64,000 bases of DNA. It comes from an uncultured Pelagibacteraceae bacterium (GTDB lineage: Bacteria; Pseudomonadota; Alphaproteobacteria; Pelagibacterales; Pelagibacteraceae). A program made the position numbers and the translations under genes. Where the stretch lies: contig CACBYE010000004.1 in assembly GCA_902543375.1 (NCBI GenBank), positions 5,869 through 69,868 of the forward strand, read 5' to 3'. The notes under the pieces are model-generated. The model did not search any database and had not been told where the DNA came from. It saw only the letters and a program-made list of their open reading frames with translations. This document shows, in pieces, positions 47,583 through 57,674 of the stretch (its first letter is position 1; each line of letters starts with the position of its first letter).

Positions 47583-49016
47583 ATGGAGAATAAAAAAAAT
47601 TTTTATATTGAAGGTAAATGGCAAGAGCCTCAAAGCACACAGGAGATTAAAGTTATCAATCCTGCAACAGAGGAAAATAGTGCTGTTATAACTTTAGGAA
47701 ACAAAGATGATGTTAATCGTGCAGTAAGTTCAGCTAAAAAAGCTTATGAGACTTGGGCTTTTTCTTTGAAAGAAGAAAGAATAAAATTATTAGAAAAACT
47801 ATACGAAAATTATAAAAAAAGGTGGGCGGATATTGCAAAAGCAATCACGCTAGAAATGGGTGCTCCCAAGGATTTTGCAACAAAACTTCAAGCTGGCACT
47901 GGTGCGGCACATATAAAATCTTTTATTAGACATTTAAAAAATTTTGAATTTGAAAAACCTTTAGGTGATCATGCACCAAATCAAAGACTTATTTATGAAC
48001 CCAAAGGAGTTTGTGCATTAATTACACCTTGGAATTGGCCAATGAATCAAGTTTGTTTGAAAGTTATACCTGCAATAGCCTCTGGATGTACAATGGTTCT
48101 GAAACCATCTGAATTGGCCCCATTGTCATCAATGATTCTAGCTGAATTAATTGACGAAACTAATTTCCCTCCAGGAGTTTTTAATTTAATTAATGGCGAT
48201 GGGTCTACAACAGGAGAAGCATTAACCAGACATCCTGATATTGATATGATTTCTTTTACAGGTTCAACGAGAGCTGGAGCATTAATTTCACGAAATGCTG
48301 CAAGTGACTTTAAAAGAGTGAGTTTAGAATTAGGTGGCAAAGGAGCCAATATTATTTTTAAAGATGCAGATCCAAGTGCTATTGAATGGGGTGCTTTGAG
48401 ATGTTTTAAAAATTCTGGTCAATCTTGTAATGCACCAACGAGAATGCTTATTGAAAAGTCTAATTATAATCAAGCAATTGAAAAATTAAAAAAATTTTCT
48501 GAAGAAATGCAGGTCGGGGATCCCAATAAAGAGGGAGAACATATCGGTCCTGTAGTTTCGGAAACGCAATATAACAAGATACAGTCTTTAATTCAAAAAG
48601 GTATTGATGAGGGAGCCAAACTTGTAGCTGGAGGACTAGGAAAACCTGCTGGTCTTGAAAAAGGATATTTTGTAAAACCAACAGTATTTGCTGATGTAGA
48701 TAATAAAATGGAGATTGCTAGAACTGAAATCTTTGGACCTGTTTTGTCTGTAATTCCGTTTGAAACTGAGGATGAAGCTATAAAAATAGCTAATGACACT
48801 TCTTACGGTTTAACAAATTATATTCAAACTAAAGATAAAGAAAAAGCTAGAAGAGTTGCAAAAAAATTAAGATCCGGAATGGTTGACGTAAATGGTGCTG
48901 GAATTGCGATTGATACTCCATTTGGTGGTTTTAAACATTCAGGTATTGGTAGAGAAGCAGGTGAACATGGTCTTCAAGAATTTTTGGAGGTTAAATCGGT
49001 AGGTGGTTGGAATTAA
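47583..49016 (+). CDS. NAD-dependent aldehyde dehydrogenase
   Basis: ITPWNWP, LKPSE, FTGST, LELGGK, GQSC, EIFGPV. Confidence 0.93.
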   Translation: MENKKNFYIEGKWQEPQSTQEIKVINPATEENSAVITLGNKDDVNRAVSSAKKAYETWAFSLKEERIKLLEKLYENYKKRWADIAKAITLEMGAPKDFATKLQAGTGAAHIKSFIRHLKNFEFEKPLGDHAPNQRLIYEPKGVCALITPWNWPMNQVCLKVIPAIASGCTMVLKPSELAPLSSMILAELIDETNFPPGVFNLINGDGSTTGEALTRHPDIDMISFTGSTRAGALISRNAASDFKRVSLELGGKGANIIFKDADPSAIEWGALRCFKNSGQSCNAPTRMLIEKSNYNQAIEKLKKFSEEMQVGDPNKEGEHIGPVVSETQYNKIQSLIQKGIDEGAKLVAGGLGKPAGLEKGYFVKPTVFADVDNKMEIARTEIFGPVLSVIPFETEDEAIKIANDTSYGLTNYIQTKDKEKARRVAKKLRSGMVDVNGAGIAIDTPFGGFKHSGIGREAGEHGLQEFLEVKSVGGWN

Positions 49017-50191
49017 TTTATTGATCTGTTTTTAATACCTTCTAGAAAATTTAAACATTTTTTTAATTCATCTAGTTCAATAAATTCATCAATTTTATGT
49101 GCTTGTTCAATAGAACCTGGTCCACATACGACTGTGCTTATACCCACTTCTTGAAATAACCCTGCCTCGGTGCCAAAAGATACAACTTGTCTTGAGTTAT
49201 CACCCGTGATTGAGGCAACAAATTCGCATGCTTCAGATGTATCTATTTTTTCAAAACCAATAACTTCTCCAATAATCTCTTTTTTAATATAAGATTTTGG
49301 GAAAACTTTTTTCATATCATTTAAAAGTTCATTATTTGCAAATTTTTCAATTTCTTGAGTTACAAAATCACCATCTGACTTATTGACTGGTCTAGTTTCC
49401 CATTCAACTTGACATTTATCAGCAATTACATTGTGTGCAATACCACCTGATATACCTCCTACAGATAAAGTAGAGTGTGGAGGATCAAATATGCAATTTT
49501 TTGGAGCACGTTTAATTAACTCCTTTCTAATATCTAATAGTTTATTAATATATCTTGATGCATATTCGATTGCATTAACACCCTCATGAGGCTTTGAACT
49601 GTGTCCAGCAAGACCTCCAAAGTACGTAGTATACTCATTCATACCTTTATGAGCATCAATAATTTTCATTTTTGTTGGCTCACCAACTATGCATATACCA
49701 TTTTTAATATTTCTTTTTTTCATTTCTTTAATCAAAAGTGGTGCACCTATACATGCCGTCTCTTCATCAAAAGTAAAGCAAAAATGAAAATCACGGTCTA
49801 AATTATTTTGAGTAAGTATTGGGGCATAGGCAAGAGTGCATGCAATAAATCCTTTCATATCACAAGATCCCCTGCCGTATAATTTTTTATCTTTTATTGT
49901 TGCCTTAAAAGGATCTGTTGACCATCCTTTTGAAACTGGAACTACATCAGTATGACCAGATAATATAATCGGTTTTTTTCCGTTTGTTTTTTTTGCCTTT
50001 AAAGTTCCAAATAAATTAACTCGTTTTTTCTCATCATCAAAAACTTTGAATGTTTCTATCCCAAGATTATTTAGGATTTTTTCACAATAATTTATTAATT
50101 TAGTATTATCACTTCCAGAAATAGTTTGAAAAGATATTAGATCAGTCAATATCTTTATTGATTTTTCGTATAAATTGTTATCAATACCCAT
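49013..50191 (-). CDS. argE: M20 family deacylase (acetylornithine deacetylase-like)
   Basis: SGHTDVVP, GRGSCDMKG, DEE, GEPT, GHSS, GTEAG, QAHKIDE. Confidence 0.88.
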   Translation of the reverse strand: MGIDNNLYEKSIKILTDLISFQTISGSDNTKLINYCEKILNNLGIETFKVFDDEKKRVNLFGTLKAKKTNGKKPIILSGHTDVVPVSKGWSTDPFKATIKDKKLYGRGSCDMKGFIACTLAYAPILTQNNLDRDFHFCFTFDEETACIGAPLLIKEMKKRNIKNGICIVGEPTKMKIIDAHKGMNEYTTYFGGLAGHSSKPHEGVNAIEYASRYINKLLDIRKELIKRAPKNCIFDPPHSTLSVGGISGGIAHNVIADKCQVEWETRPVNKSDGDFVTQEIEKFANNELLNDMKKVFPKSYIKKEIIGEVIGFEKIDTSEACEFVASITGDNSRQVVSFGTEAGLFQEVGISTVVCGPGSIEQAHKIDEFIELDELKKCLNFLEGIKNRSIN

Positions 50192-50217
50192 AATTAAATC
50201 AATTATACATTATTATT

Positions 50218-50559
50218 ATGAAACCACAAATAACCTACGATCAATTTGAAAAAATAGATATTAGACTTGGAACTGTATTAACAGTAAAAAAAAATGAAAA
50301 AGCTAGAAAACCATCTTTAGTTGTTGAAGTTGATTTTGGTAAAGAAATTGGTGTTAAGACCTCATCAGCTCAAATAACACATTTTTACAATGAGGAAAAC
50401 TTAGTTGGTAAACAAGTTATTGGTGTTTGTAACTTTCCAGAAAAAAATATAGCTGGTGTAAAATCGCAGTTTTTACTTTTAGGCTCTATTGATCCTGAGG
50501 GTAAAGTTACATTAGTCCACCCATCTCAAAAAGCAGAGAATGGTTTGCCTATAGCTTAA
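50218..50559 (+). CDS. csaA: CsaA/Trbp111 tRNA-binding OB-fold protein
   Basis: DIRLGT, VDFG.EIG.K.SSAQIT, NFPEKNIAG. Confidence 0.88.
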   Translation: MKPQITYDQFEKIDIRLGTVLTVKKNEKARKPSLVVEVDFGKEIGVKTSSAQITHFYNEENLVGKQVIGVCNFPEKNIAGVKSQFLLLGSIDPEGKVTLVHPSQKAENGLPIA

Positions 50560-50561
50560 AT

Positions 50562-51152
50562 ATGCATCCAGAATTTTTATCTATGGCATTATTTTGGATA
50601 GTAGCCGCATATACGCCTGGCCCAAATAATATAGTTGCATCATATTCAGGTTTTAATTTTGGAATTAAAAAAACAATTCCACATATATTTGGTGTCACTC
50701 TTGGATTTACTTCTGTTGTATTAGCATTAACTATTGGTTTAGTTAATATTTTTAAATTATTTCCAATCATTCAAACTATATTAAAATATTTGGGAAGTTT
50801 ATTTTTAATTTATTTAGCTTACAAAATTAGTTTTTCAAAATCTTCTGCAGAAAAAAAAGATAAAAATCCGATATCTTTTTTAGACACTTTTATATTTCAA
50901 TTTTTAAATCCAAAGGGTGTTTTGATAGGAATAATCATAGTATCCACATATGTTGAATATGGAGAAAATTATTTAAATTACGCGACTCAAGTTGTCTTGT
51001 TTGCTTTTCTCGTGTCCTTATCAAGTATCACTTTTTGGACTTTAGTGGGTAAATACCTTAGGAAATTTGCGACAAATGAGAAATTTATTAAATACTTTAA
51101 TTATGTTATGTCAGGGCTTCTTCTTTTGAGCATAATTACATTTTATATATAA
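50562..51152 (+). CDS. LysE/RhtB family amino-acid exporter
   Basis: TPGPNN, YLAYKI, FQFLNPKG; multiple TM segments. Confidence 0.9.
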   Translation: MHPEFLSMALFWIVAAYTPGPNNIVASYSGFNFGIKKTIPHIFGVTLGFTSVVLALTIGLVNIFKLFPIIQTILKYLGSLFLIYLAYKISFSKSSAEKKDKNPISFLDTFIFQFLNPKGVLIGIIIVSTYVEYGENYLNYATQVVLFAFLVSLSSITFWTLVGKYLRKFATNEKFIKYFNYVMSGLLLLSIITFYI

Positions 51153-51155
51153 AGC

Positions 51156-53825
51156 ATGAAACCAGGAAATAAAAACTCTTACAAATCTTTATCAAATCTA
51201 AAGGTGAACGGAAAAGATTTTAAGATTTATTCTTTATCAAAAGCAGAGGCAAATGGATTAGATGGTATATCAAAATTACCAAAGTCACTTAAAGTTTTGT
51301 TGGAAAACCTTTTGAGATATGAGGACGATCTATCAGTAAATAGAAATCAAATCGAAGCAATTAAATCTTGGCTTCACACAAAAAGTTCTAAAACGGAGAT
51401 AGCTTATAGACCAGCGAGAGTTTTACTTCAGGACTATACAGGAATTCCAGCTGTGGCTGATTTAGCTGCAATGAGAGAGGCGGTAAAAGAAAAAAATAAA
51501 GATCCAAACACTATCAATCCTTTGTCGGCAGTCGACTTAGTTATCGATCATTCAGTTCAAGTTGATCAATCCGCTAAAAAAGATTCTTTTGAGAAAAATG
51601 TGGATATTGAATTCAAGAGAAATGGGGAGAGATATTCTTTTTTAAAATGGGGTCAAAGTGCATTTGATAATTTTAGGATAGTTCCTCCAGGAACTGGAAT
51701 TTGTCACCAGGTCAATTTAGAATACTTGTCAAAAGTAGTTTGGTCAGAGAAATATAAAGGAGAAGAATATCTATTCCCTGATACACTTGTTGGAACCGAT
51801 AGTCATACAACAATGGTAAACGGTTTATCAGTTCTAGGTTGGGGAGTTGGTGGAATAGAAGCCGAAGCTGGCATGTTAGGACAACCAATTTCAATGTTAA
51901 TTCCTGAGGTTATAGGATTTGAATTTACAAAAAAAATGCCCGAAGGCACAACAGCTACAGATTTAGTTCTTACCGTAGTTAAAATGTTGAGAGACAAAGG
52001 TGTTGTCGGAAAGTTTGTAGAATTTTATGGCGAAGGATTAAAAAATCTTACATTAGCAGACAGAGCAACAATTGCCAATATGGCTCCTGAATATGGGGCC
52101 ACTTGCGGTTTTTTCCCTATAGATGGAGAAACATTAAAATATTTAGAATTTTCTGGAAGAGACAAAGAAACTGTCGAAATAGTTGAAAAATACGCAAAAG
52201 AGCAAGGTCTTTGGGCAAGTGATGAGATTGAATTCAGTGATAAGATTTCTTTAGATATGTCAACCGTAGTTCCAACAATTTCAGGACCCAAGAGACCACA
52301 AGACAAAGTTCTTTTATCAGATGCATCTAGTAATTTTAGAAAAGTATTTAAGGAAGCTACAAATAGAGAAGATTATAAAATTTTTAGGGTTAAAGATACA
52401 GATTACGAGATTAAAGATGGCTCAATTTTAATAGCCGCAATCACATCCTGTACTAACACTTCAAATCCAAATGTTTTAATTGGGGCAGGATTGCTTGCAA
52501 AAAAAGCAGTTGAGTTAGGGCTGAATGTAAAACCATGGGTCAAAACATCTTTAGCTCCAGGATCTAAAGTGGTTACCGATTATTTAGAAAAAGCTGGTTT
52601 GAACACTTATTTAGATCAATTAGGATTTAATTTGGTTGGCTATGGATGCACAACTTGCATTGGTAATTCAGGTCCATTAGCCGATAACATTGTTGAGGGT
52701 ATACAAAAAGAAAACTTATATGCTGTTTCAGTTTTATCAGGTAACAGAAACTTCGAAGGAAGGATTTCACCCCATGTTAAGGCAAATTATTTAGCATCTC
52801 CTCCACTAGTAGTAGCTTACGCACTTGCAGGTCATATGGAATTTGATTTATTTAAAGATTCATTTGGACAAGATAAAAATGGTAACGATGTTTTTTTAAA
52901 AGATATTTGGCCTTCAAATAAAGAAATAGAAGAAACATTGAAAAACTCACTTAACGCAGACATGTTTGTCAAAAGATATTCAAATGTTTCTGAAGGACCA
53001 AAACAATGGCAGGAAATTAAAACAGAAAAAAGTAGTATTTATAATTGGGATGAAAATTCTACTTACGTAAAAAAACCACCATTTTTTGATAATCTCACTG
53101 ATGAACCTGAAGGTTTTAAAGAAATAAAAAATGCGAGACCTTTACTAATTTTAGGTGATATGGTTACTACTGACCATATTTCTCCAGCAGGAAACATTCA
53201 AAAGAACAGTCCTACAGGTGAATATTTTATGAATTATCAAATTCTACCAAAAGACTATAACTCATATGGTTCAAGACGTGGAAATCATGAAGTTATGATG
53301 AGAGGAACTTTTGCAAATATAAGAATTAAAAACGAAATGGCACCTGGAACTGAAGGCGGTTTTACAAAATTATATCCCCAAGAAAAAGTAATGTCTGTTT
53401 ATGATGCGGTTGTAGAGTATAAAAAAAGAGGGACTGATTTAGTGATAATTGGTGGAAAAGAATATGGAACAGGTTCTTCTCGTGATTGGGCTGCAAAAGG
53501 TACAAAATTATTGGGTGTAAAGGTAGTAATAACTGAAAGTTTTGAGAGAATACATAGGTCTAATTTAATAGGAATGGGAATATTGCCACTACAATTTATT
53601 GATAATATGAATAGAAAAAACTTAAATTTAATAGGTTCAGAATTGATAAGTATAGTAGATATTGAGAAAGGTGTTAACCCATCTGATAAAGTAAAAGTAG
53701 AGATTAAATATTTATCAGGTGACGTCAAAATAATTGAAACTTTGTGCAGAATCGATACCAAAAATGAACTGGAGTACTATAAAAATGGTGGGATACTTCA
53801 GTACGTTCTAAGAAATATGATTTAA
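51156..53825 (+). CDS. acnA: Aconitate hydratase 1
   Basis: QDYTG, DSHTTM, AITSCTNTSNP, GCTTCIGNSG, TTDHISP, GSSRDWAAKG. Confidence 0.98.
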   Translation: MKPGNKNSYKSLSNLKVNGKDFKIYSLSKAEANGLDGISKLPKSLKVLLENLLRYEDDLSVNRNQIEAIKSWLHTKSSKTEIAYRPARVLLQDYTGIPAVADLAAMREAVKEKNKDPNTINPLSAVDLVIDHSVQVDQSAKKDSFEKNVDIEFKRNGERYSFLKWGQSAFDNFRIVPPGTGICHQVNLEYLSKVVWSEKYKGEEYLFPDTLVGTDSHTTMVNGLSVLGWGVGGIEAEAGMLGQPISMLIPEVIGFEFTKKMPEGTTATDLVLTVVKMLRDKGVVGKFVEFYGEGLKNLTLADRATIANMAPEYGATCGFFPIDGETLKYLEFSGRDKETVEIVEKYAKEQGLWASDEIEFSDKISLDMSTVVPTISGPKRPQDKVLLSDASSNFRKVFKEATNREDYKIFRVKDTDYEIKDGSILIAAITSCTNTSNPNVLIGAGLLAKKAVELGLNVKPWVKTSLAPGSKVVTDYLEKAGLNTYLDQLGFNLVGYGCTTCIGNSGPLADNIVEGIQKENLYAVSVLSGNRNFEGRISPHVKANYLASPPLVVAYALAGHMEFDLFKDSFGQDKNGNDVFLKDIWPSNKEIEETLKNSLNADMFVKRYSNVSEGPKQWQEIKTEKSSIYNWDENSTYVKKPPFFDNLTDEPEGFKEIKNARPLLILGDMVTTDHISPAGNIQKNSPTGEYFMNYQILPKDYNSYGSRRGNHEVMMRGTFANIRIKNEMAPGTEGGFTKLYPQEKVMSVYDAVVEYKKRGTDLVIIGGKEYGTGSSRDWAAKGTKLLGVKVVITESFERIHRSNLIGMGILPLQFIDNMNRKNLNLIGSELISIVDIEKGVNPSDKVKVEIKYLSGDVKIIETLCRIDTKNELEYYKNGGILQYVLRNMI

Positions 53826-53827
53826 GT

Positions 53828-54472
53828 ATGGATGAGGATATTTCAATAATCAACGCCAACACGAGAAATGAAAAAATAAAAAATTTTTTTATCAAAAATA
53901 AAAATAGATTAATTTTAGCAATAATTGTTATTTCTGTATCTTTAATTGGTTATTTTTCTTTTGGTGAGTACAAAAATAAACAAAAAATAAGAATGTCAGA
54001 TGACTTCAATTCAATAATTATTGATTACTCGGAAAATAATAAAGAGCAAACAGCTCAAGATTTAATTACATTGATTAATAAAAAAGACCCAACTTATTCG
54101 CCATTATCCCTTTATTTTATTATAGATAATAAATTGATTGATGAAAAAAATAGAATAAATAAGTTGTTCAATATTATAATAGATGAAACCTCTCTTGATG
54201 ATGAAATTAGGAATTTGAATATTTACAAAAAAGCACTTTATAATGCTGATACCAGCAATGAAGTTGAACTTTTAAATATTCTTAATCCATTAATTAGGTC
54301 AGAGAGTATTTGGAAATCTCATGCATTATACTTAATGGCCGAATATTTTTATTCAAAAAATGAGATGCAAAAATCAAAAGAATTTTTTAATCAAATAATA
54401 AACTTAAATGAAGCAAATCAAGAAATTAAATTAGAAGCCCAAAAAAGACTTAATAGAGATTTAAGTGAATAA
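53828..54472 (+). CDS. Membrane-anchored TPR-like protein (YfgM/DUF2659-like)
   Basis: Single N-terminal TM then helical repeats; precedes bamB-like gene. Confidence 0.65.
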   Translation: MDEDISIINANTRNEKIKNFFIKNKNRLILAIIVISVSLIGYFSFGEYKNKQKIRMSDDFNSIIIDYSENNKEQTAQDLITLINKKDPTYSPLSLYFIIDNKLIDEKNRINKLFNIIIDETSLDDEIRNLNIYKKALYNADTSNEVELLNILNPLIRSESIWKSHALYLMAEYFYSKNEMQKSKEFFNQIINLNEANQEIKLEAQKRLNRDLSE

Positions 54473-55766
54473 AATTTTAAATTTATTTTTGATCATTATT
54501 TTTTGCTCTGGTTGTTCTTTAAATAAAAATTCAAAGTTTTGGTCCTCAGAAACAATAACTGAAGTTGGAGAAAAAAAATTTGAAAAAATTTTCAATGATA
54601 AAATAACTTTAAGTAAAGAATTAAATACAAATATAAATTTAAATTTTAGTTCAAAGCCTGGAAAGACAAAGTTATCAAAAAAACTTACAAATAATGATGG
54701 AAGGATTAATTTTGATGGATTACTAAAAAAATCCTCAAAATATAAGTTTTCAAAGATAGAAAATTTTTATCAGTTTGAACCTGTCATTTCTTTTAACAAA
54801 GAAAATATAATTTTCTTTGATGACAAGGGTACAATTTTACAATTTGATAAAAACTCAAAATTAATTTGGAAAAAAAATTATTATTCTAAATCGGAGAAAA
54901 AATTGGATCCAATTTTACAATTTGCAAACAATGATAAACTTTTAATAGTTGCGGACAATTTGACTAAATATTATATTTTGAATTTAGATACTGGAGATTT
55001 AATTTGGTCAAAAAACAATTCTGCACCATTTAATTCACAGATAAAAATATACAAAGATCGTTTTTTTATAATTGATTTTACAAATACATTAAGATGCTTT
55101 TCTTTAAAAGATGGAAAAGAACTATGGAATTTTCAAACAGAGTCATCACTAATCAGATCACAAAAAAAATTATCAATGGTAATTATCGGTGATGTTGTTT
55201 ACTTTAACAATTCTTTAGGAGACATAAGTGCAGTCAATATAAATAATGGTGGACTAATTTGGCAATTAGCCACACAAAGTAACGTAATTTATGAGTCAGC
55301 CTTTTCTCTTGAAACATCAGATATAATAGCCGATGAAAATAATTTGTTTTTTTCAAATAATAAAAATCAATTTTTTTCGGTTGATATAAAATCTGGAAGT
55401 TTTAATTGGGAAAATACTGTTAATTCAAATTTGAGGCCCACTCTAATTGAAAATTTTTTGATATCGGTTTCATTAGAAGGTTATTTAATAGTTATCGATA
55501 AATTTACAGGCAATATAATTAAAGTTACTGACGTTTTTGAAAATTTTAATCCAAAAAAACGAAATGAGATCTTTCCCACCGGATTTATTGTTGGATTGGA
55601 AAATATATATTTGTCAACAAATATAGGAAGATTATTAGTGATTGATATAAAATCTGGCAAAACAATTTCGACACTTAAAATTGATAATGACAAAATTTCA
55701 CGCCCTCATATTTTAAATAAAAATTTATATTTGGTTAAGGACAATGCTATAATTAAATTAAATTAA
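54465..55766 (+). CDS. PQQ-like beta-propeller lipoprotein (BamB-like)
   Basis: Lipobox-like CSGC, repeated G..IW motifs; GTG start. Confidence 0.75.
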   Translation: MNKILNLFLIIIFCSGCSLNKNSKFWSSETITEVGEKKFEKIFNDKITLSKELNTNINLNFSSKPGKTKLSKKLTNNDGRINFDGLLKKSSKYKFSKIENFYQFEPVISFNKENIIFFDDKGTILQFDKNSKLIWKKNYYSKSEKKLDPILQFANNDKLLIVADNLTKYYILNLDTGDLIWSKNNSAPFNSQIKIYKDRFFIIDFTNTLRCFSLKDGKELWNFQTESSLIRSQKKLSMVIIGDVVYFNNSLGDISAVNINNGGLIWQLATQSNVIYESAFSLETSDIIADENNLFFSNNKNQFFSVDIKSGSFNWENTVNSNLRPTLIENFLISVSLEGYLIVIDKFTGNIIKVTDVFENFNPKKRNEIFPTGFIVGLENIYLSTNIGRLLVIDIKSGKTISTLKIDNDKISRPHILNKNLYLVKDNAIIKLN

Positions 55767-56197
55767 TGTTTTTAAAATTACTAGATATGTTAGGAAGAAA
55801 AAAAGTGGTTTTAGATAGGGGGCCATCACATCCAAGATTTGATTTAGCTAAACCCTGGATGAATAGATATTACTTAATTTTCAGACATAGACCAAAATGG
55901 TTCCCATTTAATATTTTAATTCACGAAATGTTGACTGATGACCACGGTGAAGGAGTTCATAACCACCCTTTTCCTTATATGACAATAGTGGTTAGAGGAG
56001 GGTATTGGGAAACCTTAAGCTCAGGAAAATATTGGCGACCACCAGGCTATATTGGTTTCAGGTCAGCTAATAATTTACACAGAGTTGATCTCAAACCTGG
56101 AACAAAGCCATTAACAATTTTTATTGCTGGCCCTTTTGGGTTAAGGAAAGGTCCAAGATCTGAATATGGTATTGATTTTAAAATCAAAAAGGATTGA
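55766..56197 (+). CDS. Hypothetical cupin-fold protein
   Basis: HNHPF...GGYWE and distal LHRV His motifs. Confidence 0.7.
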   Translation: MFLKLLDMLGRKKVVLDRGPSHPRFDLAKPWMNRYYLIFRHRPKWFPFNILIHEMLTDDHGEGVHNHPFPYMTIVVRGGYWETLSSGKYWRPPGYIGFRSANNLHRVDLKPGTKPLTIFIAGPFGLRKGPRSEYGIDFKIKKD

Positions 56198-57255
56198 TGC
56201 CAAAAAGTCTTAAAGAAGAATTTAGATTATTTTGTAATTCAAAAAACTTAAATCACAATCAGAATCAAATTCTCACAATTAAAAAGCTTCAAGATTTCTA
56301 TGAAAGTAATTTTGGCTCATCTATACTTAATATTTTTAAAAAAAAAGAGATCAAGAGAGGTTTTTATCTTCAAGGAGGTGTTGGTGTAGGGAAAACAATG
56401 ATCCTAGATTTTTTTTTTAATTTTATTTCTCAAAAAAAATTAAGACTTCATTTTAATGAATTTATGCTTAATTTTCATGATTTTGTTCATGAAAATAAAA
56501 ATAAAGAAGATGAAAATATTATTGACTTATTTGTGAAAAATCTCAAATCAAAAGTTTCTCTTATCTATTTTGATGAGTTTCAAGTAACCAATATAGTAGA
56601 TGCTATGATATTAGGTAAATTATTTGATAAGATATTTAATGAAAATATTAAAGTTCTTATAACTTCTAATATAAAGATATCCGAATTATATAAAGATGGT
56701 CTTCAACGTGACCAATTCAAGCCATTTATTGAAATAATGAAAAAAAGGACAATAGAATATGAGCTTATAATTGAGGATGATTATAGAAAATCAAAAAATA
56801 ATCAAAATGATAGATACTTCTTTCCTTTAAATGAGGAAACTAATTTTAAAATGAATAAATATTTTAGGATAATTTCGAAAGATAAAAAAAAGAACAATAA
56901 GATACTTAATATTAAAGGAAGAGATTTTCATATTAAAGAATTTTATGAAGGCATAGTAAGATTTAGTTTTAACGAATTGTGTGATCAAAATTTAGGGGCT
57001 GAAGATTATTTAGAAATAATTAAAGTCTCAGAATTTATATTTATTGATAAAATACCACAGTTTGACGACATTAATTCTAATCAACAACATCGGTTTATAA
57101 CTTTAATTGACATAGTTTACGATAAGAAAATACCGATTGCAGTTTCGGCAGAGAAGAATTTAGATGAATTTAACTCTTCAAAATCATTAAAAGAGCCATT
57201 TAAACGTACCATAAGTCGTTTATATGAATTAACGTCCTCAAATTTTAAATTATGA
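56197..57255 (+). CDS. zapE: AFG1/ZapE family ATPase
   Basis: GGVGVGKT, FDEFQV, TSN, LY.DGLQR, RFITLID. Confidence 0.92.
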   Translation: MPKSLKEEFRLFCNSKNLNHNQNQILTIKKLQDFYESNFGSSILNIFKKKEIKRGFYLQGGVGVGKTMILDFFFNFISQKKLRLHFNEFMLNFHDFVHENKNKEDENIIDLFVKNLKSKVSLIYFDEFQVTNIVDAMILGKLFDKIFNENIKVLITSNIKISELYKDGLQRDQFKPFIEIMKKRTIEYELIIEDDYRKSKNNQNDRYFFPLNEETNFKMNKYFRIISKDKKKNNKILNIKGRDFHIKEFYEGIVRFSFNELCDQNLGAEDYLEIIKVSEFIFIDKIPQFDDINSNQQHRFITLIDIVYDKKIPIAVSAEKNLDEFNSSKSLKEPFKRTISRLYELTSSNFKL

Positions 57256-57674
57256 TACAAAAATTTAGTAACTTTAAAATTAATACTAGCGGACAAAAAT
57301 TGTATGAATTTACAGATCAAACTATTAGCTGGATAAATAAAAATAAATTTAAAAATGGTATTCTGAATTTAAGTATTCAACACACAAGTGCTTCTTTGAT
57401 AATTCAAGAAAATGCAGATCCAGATGTTCAAACTGATCTGATTAATTATTTTAATAATCTAGCGCCAATGGATAACAATTTGTATATTCATACAACAGAG
57501 GGCAAAGATGATATGCCAGCACATATAAAGGCAAGTTTAACAAATAATCAGATATCTCTGAGCGTTGAAAACGGTGAATTATTACTTGGTACCTGGCAAG
57601 GGATCTATTTGTTTGAGCATAGATTAAAACCACAAATAAGAACAATAATTCACCACTTTTTAGGAGAAATTTAA
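57252..57674 (+). CDS. yjbQ: YjbQ/UPF0047 family protein
   Basis: HTSASL..QENADPDV, DDMPAHIK, LGTWQGIY.FEHR. Confidence 0.92.
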   Translation: MIQKFSNFKINTSGQKLYEFTDQTISWINKNKFKNGILNLSIQHTSASLIIQENADPDVQTDLINYFNNLAPMDNNLYIHTTEGKDDMPAHIKASLTNNQISLSVENGELLLGTWQGIYLFEHRLKPQIRTIIHHFLGEI

